A stretch of DNA of 20,000 nt from an uncultured virus (IMG/VR IMGVR_UViG_3300011865_000032) (Duplodnaviria; Heunggongvirae; Uroviricota; Caudoviricetes). Shown in pieces: positions 14,564 through 20,000 of the stretch. The stretch is from IMG/VR virus record IMGVR_UViG_3300011865_000032. One strand, 5' to 3'. A program made the translations under genes and the position numbers. Every line of letters begins with the position of its first letter. Positions within the stretch are counted from its first letter, which is position 1. The notes beneath the pieces were generated by a model. That model was not told where the DNA came from, made no database searches, and saw nothing but the letters and a program-made list of their open reading frames with translations.

Positions 14564-16534
14564 ATGTTTCATAACTTTATAATAACAAGGAGAGCTAAAA
14601 AATATAAAAACAAAAATAATGGTTTTTCATTAATGGAAATGATATTAACCATTTCTATTGTTTTAATATTAATGACAGCAGTCTTTTTCACATATCAAAT
14701 AGTTTCAGAAAGAAATAAAATTCAAAAAGCAACTAATGAATTAGCTTTAATAAAGAATGGTATCGATGAGTTAACAGAAAATCATGTTGTAGCAGTGGAT
14801 AATAACATCCTACTTAATTCCAGAAATATACCTAAAAATATGATCAATGGGAGTGACATTTTACATCCATGGAAAGGGAAAGTTATTATTTCAGCCTACC
14901 CAGGAGATAACCGTTTTTATAATATTGCTTATTCTAATTTATCAACTTCTGCATGTATTAATATAGTTAGTAATACAAAAGGCATGTTTAATACTATAAA
15001 AAATTCTTTTTCCGAATTAAATTCTGATAATATTAGTGACATTTCTAATTTTTGTTCTCAATTAAAGACTAATGATCAACTCATTTTTTCTAATTATAGA
15101 ACATTAGTTGCTGCTGGAGGCAACAATAATAATAGTTCAGCATCAACAAGCTCTAGTTTATCTGCTTCGACTTCTGCAAGTATTAGTTCTTCTTTAAGTG
15201 CAAGTAATTCAGCTTCTTTAAGTGCCAGTATGTCTAATAGTGTTAGTGCTTCAAATAGTGCGAGTTTATCAGCGTCCAATTCTGCGTCATTAAGTGCTTC
15301 GACTTCTGCAAGTCTTAGTAGTTCTTTATCCGCTTCTACTAGTTTAAGTAATTCTATGAGTCTTTCAGCTTCAGCGAGCAGGAGTACATCTACAAGCATT
15401 AGCACTTCTACCATTATAAGCACATCAGCGAGTATTAGTAGATCTACAAGCCTTAGTGCCAGCACTTCAACAAGTCTTTCAGCTTCAAGATCTGCTTCAA
15501 CGAGTCTTAGCACATCCGCAAGTCTTAGCACTTCAAATAGTATTAGTCGATCAGCAAGTTTAAGTGCCAGCACTTCGACAAGTCTTTCAGCTTCAAGATC
15601 TGCTTCCATTAGTTTAAGTACTTCTTCTTCTTTAAGTGCATCAACTTCTGCAAGTCTTAGCACTTCAATTTCCGCAAGTAATGTCGCTTCAATTTCCGCA
15701 AGTGCAAGTCGCAGTGCTTCTTTATCTACTTCAACAAGTTTAAGTAATTCAGCAAGCATTAGTGCTTCTACTTCTACTTCATTAAGTGCTTCAAGATCTA
15801 CATCAGCGGCAATAAGTACTTCAAATAGTTTAAGTGCCAGCACATCTACAAGCTTATCAGCCTCAAGAGTAGCTTCTGCAAGTTTATCAACATCAGCAAG
15901 CTTAAGTGCTTCTACAAGTGTAAGTAGATCAGCGAGTTTGAGTGCCAGCACATCTACAAGCTTATCAGCATCAAGATCTGCTTCTACTAGTCTAGCTACA
16001 TCAGCCAGTCTTAGTGCTTCTACAAGTGTAAGTAGATCAGCGAGTTTGAGTGCCAGCACTTCTGCAAGTTTATCAGCTTCAAGAGTAGCTTCTGCAAGTT
16101 TATCAACATCAGCAAGCTTAAGTGCTTCAAGATCTGTATCTACAAGTCTTAGTGTAAGTCGTTCAGTTAGCACTTCTACTTCTGTTTCAGCTTCTGTTGC
16201 TAAAGATGCCGCACGAGTTGCAACTATCAAGAAAAATATGACATACAGAACCGCAGTAGGTAATGGACCAGGAGGTAGACCTGGTGGAACAAATATTTTC
16301 TTAGAATTTAGAGGAAAAGGTCAAATGTATTTTGTGGCAAGTGGTATTAACTATTCAGGAAGCCCAGGAGTTTATGTTAATAATCAAAATGGAGCGAGAA
16401 CTAATGTTTCTATTTCTGCACCCAATTTACAAACAGCTATAAACAATGCTAAAACAATGGCACAACTTCAACAAGTTTTTAATGCGAATGGTTTATCAGT
16501 ATTATATAATTTCCTTTCTGGGGCTTATCCATAA
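14564..16534 (+). CDS. Type IVb (PilS-like) prepilin fused to a serine-rich repeat stalk and a ~110-aa C-terminal domain
   Basis: Basic 20-aa leader, G|FSLME class III cleavage motif with Glu+5, hydrophobic helix, HPWKGKV motif and the paired Cys (SAC...NFC) of R64 PilS-like pilins; then S-X dipeptide repeats. AGGA RBS. Confidence 0.85.
   Translation: MFHNFIITRRAKKYKNKNNGFSLMEMILTISIVLILMTAVFFTYQIVSERNKIQKATNELALIKNGIDELTENHVVAVDNNILLNSRNIPKNMINGSDILHPWKGKVIISAYPGDNRFYNIAYSNLSTSACINIVSNTKGMFNTIKNSFSELNSDNISDISNFCSQLKTNDQLIFSNYRTLVAAGGNNNNSSASTSSSLSASTSASISSSLSASNSASLSASMSNSVSASNSASLSASNSASLSASTSASLSSSLSASTSLSNSMSLSASASRSTSTSISTSTIISTSASISRSTSLSASTSTSLSASRSASTSLSTSASLSTSNSISRSASLSASTSTSLSASRSASISLSTSSSLSASTSASLSTSISASNVASISASASRSASLSTSTSLSNSASISASTSTSLSASRSTSAAISTSNSLSASTSTSLSASRVASASLSTSASLSASTSVSRSASLSASTSTSLSASRSASTSLATSASLSASTSVSRSASLSASTSASLSASRVASASLSTSASLSASRSVSTSLSVSRSVSTSTSVSASVAKDAARVATIKKNMTYRTAVGNGPGGRPGGTNIFLEFRGKGQMYFVASGINYSGSPGVYVNNQNGARTNVSISAPNLQTAINNAKTMAQLQQVFNANGLSVLYNFLSGAYP
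15134..16197 (+). repeat. Serine-rich (S-X)n coding repeat with a 108-nt (36-aa) higher-order unit near its 3' end
   Basis: TCTACAAGTGTAAGTAGATCAGCGAGTTTGAGTGCCAGCAC occurs at 15911 and 16019 (108 nt apart); AAGAGTAGCTTCTGCAAGTTTATCAACATCAGCAAGCTTAAGTGCTTC occurs at 15865 and 16081 (216 nt apart). Confidence 0.9.
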
Positions 16535-16552
16535 TAAATTAAATGAGTATAA

Positions 16553-16578
16553 AAAATGACACCATATGGTGTCATTTT
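16553..16578. terminator. Bidirectional intrinsic terminator
   Basis: AAAATGACACC-ATAT-GGTGTCATTTT between convergent genes. Confidence 0.75.
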
Positions 16579-16580
16579 CT

Positions 16581-17174
16581 TTATTTCCAACTTTCTATAT
16601 TTTTATTTCTATCTTGTATTAACTCTTCTTTTTGTTTTTTATTTTGTATTATTTCTGCTTCTCTAATATTAATTACTTTACACATTCTTTCACCTAATTG
16701 ATTAATATATTTTAAATACATATCTTTGTTCATAGTTAAAGATTTATCAGGAGTAACTAAAATTACCTTATTGGACCTAAATGATAATTTACCTACTATA
16801 TCAGATCTATCTATATAATTAGGTAAGGGTTCGTTTCCTGAAAATTCCCAGTCCCACATAAAATCAGAATCTGTTAATTTTACTTTAACATTTAATCTAT
16901 CTACTTGTTTTAATGAATTTTTATAATTAACAAACATCTCTAAATACATTCCAGAATAAGCTAAATTAATCTTCCTTACTCTATAATTATTTAAACATTG
17001 TAATGGTTTAACTAAATCTTTATTAATTTCTACTTTTGTACAACTAATACCACAAATATTATGAAATGAGGTTTTTTCTACATCGCTAATTTTATTTATA
17101 AATGTAAAAACAATAGCCACTATTCCAATAACAATAAAAAAAATTATTACAGGATTAATTTCTTTTTTCTTCAT
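16581..17174 (-). CDS. Single-pass membrane-anchored protein, paralog of 17181..17807
   Basis: N-terminal TM followed by DVEKTSFxNxCGISCxKVEINxxLVxPLQCLNN, shared with its neighbour. Confidence 0.8.
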   Translation of the reverse strand: MKKKEINPVIIFFIVIGIVAIVFTFINKISDVEKTSFHNICGISCTKVEINKDLVKPLQCLNNYRVRKINLAYSGMYLEMFVNYKNSLKQVDRLNVKVKLTDSDFMWDWEFSGNEPLPNYIDRSDIVGKLSFRSNKVILVTPDKSLTMNKDMYLKYINQLGERMCKVINIREAEIIQNKKQKEELIQDRNKNIESWK

Positions 17175-17180
17175 ATTTAT

Positions 17181-17807
17181 TTATTCCCAACGTTTTGAAT
17201 TTTCTTTTTCGTTCATTTTTTCTTGTTTTGCCTTTTCTTGTTTCATTTTTTTATCATAAACTATACTATAATCTTCACTTTTCATACTTTCACACATTTT
17301 TGGACCCAACTTATTTAAATAACTTAAATAATCTTCTCTGTTCATCTTTAAAGATTCTTTTGGTGTAATTAAATAAGTATATCCTGTTTTATTATCAAAT
17401 GATATTTTACCAATCATATCAGAATAAGAGTTATCAAATATTGAATAATTATCTTCATCTTCCCATATAAAATTACCTTTTACTGTTGTTGTTGTTTTGA
17501 GTCTTACTTCTTTATTTTCGATATTTTTATAATTTATGAACATATAAAGAGTATCAGGATATCTTCTATTGTAACCTAAATTGATTTTACTTACTTTATC
17601 ATTATTTAAACATTGCAATGGTTCAACTAATTTATTATTAATTTCTACTTTTTCACATGAAATACCACATAAATTATAAAAAGATGTTTTTTCTACATCT
17701 CTAAATAAAGAATTACATAAAATATATCCTAATATTAGGGATATCATAATAACAAGAAGAAATTTAAAACAATTGTCATCAATATCTTTATTATGTTTTT
17801 TATTCAT
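17181..17807 (-). CDS. Single-pass membrane-anchored protein, paralog of 16581..17174
   Basis: Same Cys-containing motif, plus shared GKxSF, LxTPxxSLxMN and C-terminal W. Confidence 0.8.
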   Translation of the reverse strand: MNKKHNKDIDDNCFKFLLVIMISLILGYILCNSLFRDVEKTSFYNLCGISCEKVEINNKLVEPLQCLNNDKVSKINLGYNRRYPDTLYMFINYKNIENKEVRLKTTTTVKGNFIWEDEDNYSIFDNSYSDMIGKISFDNKTGYTYLITPKESLKMNREDYLSYLNKLGPKMCESMKSEDYSIVYDKKMKQEKAKQEKMNEKENSKRWE

Positions 17808-17875
17808 TTTTAACCCTTTTCTTATATTTATTTTTAGTAATATTAACTTTTATTTATTATGATTTCAAATATTTG

Positions 17876-17904
17876 TTGTTTCATTTTTAAACATGTGGTA
17901 ATAT
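17876..17904 (+). promoter_or_regulatory. Sigma70-type promoter for tatD
   Basis: TTGTTT-17bp-(TGG)TAATAT. Confidence 0.5.
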
Positions 17905-17954
17905 CATGCACTAAAATACAAAAATACATTTAAAACTAAATAATGGAGAATATA

Positions 17955-18761
17955 ATGATTGATATCGGTTTAAACCTTGCTTCTCAACAATTTGATAAAG
18001 ACAGGGAACAAGTAATAAAAAATGCATTAGATAATGGTGTTGCAGGGTTTATTTTAACAGGAACCAGTAAAAAATCTAGTCAAGAAGTTTTTGATTTAGC
18101 ATCTAAATATCCAGATATTATGCGTTGTACTTCGGGTGTTCATCCTCATGATGCTAAAAATTGGGAGAAATCAAAACATTTAGTTGAGAAACTATGTGCT
18201 GAAGATCTAATTGTTGCTGTTGGTGAATGTGGTTTGGATTATGATCGCATGTTTTCTACAGTAGAAGAACAAAAACATGCTTTTGAAGAACAATTAAAAC
18301 TAGCCGTAAAATATAACAAACCTGTTTTTCTTCATGTTAGAGGGGCAATAGGTAAAGAAAAAGAAGTATTCCAGGATTTTATTAAGATATTTAAACCTTA
18401 TCACGAAAAAGGTGTTCAGGGAGTTGTTCATTGTTTTACTGGTTCTGGTCGTTCTCTTAACTCTATTTTAAATATGGGACTTTATGTGGGCATTACAGGT
18501 TGGGTTAATGACGATAATCGCGGGAAATCACTTCAGGAACTCATTAAATATATTCCGAATGACAAACTAATGATTGAAACGGATGCTCCCTATTTAACAC
18601 CTAAAAATATGCCTAAATCTCTTTATAATAAACGTAATGAGCCGGCATTTCTTAATTATGTTTTAGATAAAGTATCTGAATTGAAAAAAATTGATAAAAA
18701 TGTTTTAAATGAACAAATGAATAAAAATGTTGAAACTTTATTCAAATGGAAACCTGTTTAA
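17955..18761 (+). CDS. tatD: TatD-family DNase (3'-5' exonuclease), E. coli TatD type
   Basis: MIDIGLNLASQQFDKDR, GVHPHDA, GECGLDY, VHCFTG, IGITGW-like GITGW, ETDAPYL and RNEPA motifs. The GGAG RBS favours the start at 17955. Confidence 0.95.
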   Translation: MIDIGLNLASQQFDKDREQVIKNALDNGVAGFILTGTSKKSSQEVFDLASKYPDIMRCTSGVHPHDAKNWEKSKHLVEKLCAEDLIVAVGECGLDYDRMFSTVEEQKHAFEEQLKLAVKYNKPVFLHVRGAIGKEKEVFQDFIKIFKPYHEKGVQGVVHCFTGSGRSLNSILNMGLYVGITGWVNDDNRGKSLQELIKYIPNDKLMIETDAPYLTPKNMPKSLYNKRNEPAFLNYVLDKVSELKKIDKNVLNEQMNKNVETLFKWKPV

Positions 18762-18769
18762 TATTATTG

Positions 18770-18798
18770 AAATCCTGATCAACGTATGGTCAGGATTT
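18770..18798. terminator. Hairpin between convergent tatD and 18790..19287
   Basis: AAATCCTGATCA-ACGTA-TGGTCAGGATTT, overlapping the stop codon of the minus-strand gene. Confidence 0.55.
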
Positions 18799-19287
18799 AT
18801 TATTGCTCAACAATAACACTGCTTTTTTGAGCTTTAATAACTCATTATTAATATTATTAAGAACGGTTATCATTTTTTTTCTTCCTACCTGATATTGCCA
18901 AATTCTTATTTTATCATCACAAGAAGCTATCTCAAAATATACACATTCTTCTCCTGGTGGATAGCTCTCATTTTTTATTGCCCATGCGACTGAACCAGTA
19001 AATAAAGAATCTTCTGGATTTAACCATTCTTTCATAGGTTCATGTTCTTCATTATTAGAAAGACTTTTTATCATTAAATTTAAATGGGCTTTTATTTTTT
19101 CTAATTTATTCAAAAATTCTGATATTGGTCTATTATTATCATTATGCAGATAAACAAATGAAGAGCCCCATGCTATGTGAAATTCTGCATTTAACTTCTC
19201 ATTATCATCTAAAAAAGTTTTCCATCCTATTGCCTTTAAGTTAGGAGAATCTGTTAAAAACTTTCTACCTTGATAATTTCTTTTCAT
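18790..19287 (-). CDS. Hypothetical protein with an apparent internal two-fold repeat
   Basis: 165 aa, GGAG RBS; the halves share a [KE]-[FW]-L...[IV]-x-W...F-x-IA...helix pattern. Confidence 0.75.
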   Translation of the reverse strand: MKRNYQGRKFLTDSPNLKAIGWKTFLDDNEKLNAEFHIAWGSSFVYLHNDNNRPISEFLNKLEKIKAHLNLMIKSLSNNEEHEPMKEWLNPEDSLFTGSVAWAIKNESYPPGEECVYFEIASCDDKIRIWQYQVGRKKMITVLNNINNELLKLKKAVLLLSNNKS

Positions 19288-19341
19288 AATAATTTCTCCA
19301 TTTTTTCTATATCTTATTTTTCTTTTTTTATAAATACAAAT

Positions 19342-19365
19342 AAAAAAAGCCCATGAAGGGCTTTT
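19342..19365 (-). terminator. Intrinsic terminator
   Basis: AAAAAAAGCCC-ATGAA-GGGCTTTT. Confidence 0.8.
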
Positions 19366-19387
19366 GGTTTTAAATTAAATTTTTCTT

Positions 19388-19597
19388 TTATTTGGTTACT
19401 GCAACAATCCCCAGTGCCAAACCGGCTACTGCTGCTGCTCCAACAGCTACTGCACCAAGAGTATCCCAACGATCAGCATCTACAGCTTCTTTAGAAGCAA
19501 TGTAATTGCCATTTTCATCATAATGACCTTTTGCAGGGTTAGAAGAACAACCAGCAAGAGTCAGAGCGATAAGAGATGCAGCGATAATTTTTTTCAT
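19388..19597 (-). CDS. Small lipoprotein with a C-terminal Gly/Ala-rich hydrophobic helix
   Basis: MKKIIAASLIALTLAGC lipobox; AAGGA RBS before 19597 (the ORF track start at 19672 is too early). Confidence 0.8.
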   Translation of the reverse strand: MKKIIAASLIALTLAGCSSNPAKGHYDENGNYIASKEAVDADRWDTLGAVAVGAAAVAGLALGIVAVTK

Positions 19598-19694
19598 TTT
19601 TGTTTCCTTTATGTAGAATATGTAAAATAATTTAATGGCTTTTCGTCCATCCGATTTATCCTTTTTATACATAGAATAAACCGCTTCGATATCT

Positions 19695-19771
19695 TGGTGG
19701 CCCCTGCTGGACTTGAACCAGCGACCAATCGATTATGAGTCGAGTGCTCTGACCAACTGAGCTAAGGGGCC
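19695..19771 (-). tRNA. tRNA-Ile2 (CAU anticodon, lysidine-modified, reads AUA)
   Basis: GGCCCCTTAGCTCAGTTGGTCAGAGCACTCGACTCATAATCGATTGGTCGCTGGTTCAAGTCCAGCAGGGGCCACCA: cloverleaf with encoded CCA; acceptor and T arms match E. coli ileX as I recall them. Confidence 0.9.
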
Positions 19772-19817
19772 GTTTATACATCTTTTTTGTTATTCACTGC
19801 TTGTTTTCAGTATTAAA

Positions 19818-19846
19818 ACTATAGCACTTTGGTTCTTAAAACACAA
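19818..19846 (-). promoter_or_regulatory. Sigma70-type promoter for tRNA-Ile2
   Basis: Minus strand reads TTGTGT-17bp-(TGC)TATAGT. Confidence 0.6.
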
Positions 19847-19908
19847 CTCTTTTTTAAAATTTATTATACTTAACTTTTTGTTTTATAAAATTATATCTAA
19901 ATAATCAT

Positions 19909-19995
19909 TGGTGCCTCGAATCGGACTCGAACCGATACAGCTTTAAAGCCGAGGGATTTTAAATCCCTTGTGTCTACCAATTTCACCATCGAGGC
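19909..19995 (-). tRNA. tRNA-Leu (UAA anticodon), leuZ-like
   Basis: GCCTCGATGGTGAAATTGGTAGACACAAGGGATTTAAAATCCCTCGGCTTTAAAGCTGTATCGGTTCGAGTCCGATTCGAGGCACCA: long variable arm, encoded CCA. Confidence 0.95.
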
Positions 19996-20000
19996 TTTTC

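Noticed and set aside
15094..16230. 378-aa antisense ORF rich in L/A/E/V/D
   Set aside because: Shadow of the serine repeat: the restricted codon set on the + strand leaves an antisense frame free of stops. It coincides with the repeat and has no evident RBS.
19695..19771. Calling the CAU tRNA tRNA-Met or fMet
   Set aside because: The acceptor stem GGCCCCT and overall sequence follow the ileX type; it lacks the C1:A72 mismatch and the GGG/CCC anticodon stem of initiator tRNA.
1..20000. Stop-codon reassignment as seen in some AT-rich large phages
   Set aside because: Genes are full length in code 11. TAG (612, 1659) and TGA (7048, 18790) both end genes at sensible boundaries, and no suppressor tRNA is in view.
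1..20000. CRISPR array, integrase or transposase gene
   Set aside because: No regularly spaced repeat-spacer array and no recombinase or transposase motifs were seen; the four-box site has only 8-bp spacers.

Overview
Very AT-rich window (roughly 20-25% GC by eye) with no core chromosomal, virion-structural or replication genes. It consists mostly of single genes on both strands, each with its own sigma70-type promoter and intrinsic terminator. It reads as an accessory region of a large mobile replicon (jumbo phage, phage-plasmid or megaplasmid; not resolvable here). The host is probably enterobacterial/gammaproteobacterial, given the E. coli-like tatD, yfaE, tRNA-Ile2(CAU) and tRNA-Leu(UAA). 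Recognisable products are a YfaE-like 2Fe-2S ferredoxin, a tandem MazG-like pyrophosphohydrolase, a GtrII-family membrane glycosyltransferase, an ankyrin-like protein, a HAD nucleotidase, TatD, two lipoproteins and two tRNAs. The most notable items are: (1) a type IVb (PilS-like) prepilin fused to a ~355-aa serine-rich repeat stalk and a C-terminal domain; (2) five or six otherwise unrelated proteins sharing a C-terminal E-x-x-x-L/I...K/R-K/R-R-L/I tail that looks like a translocation or packaging tag; (3) three small genes missed by the ORF track (a secreted-peptide paralog behind a perfect CRP box, and two basic T7 gp1.1-like paralogs); (4) a symmetric four-box DNA site between divergent promoters. 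All family assignments come from motif recognition, not database searches.
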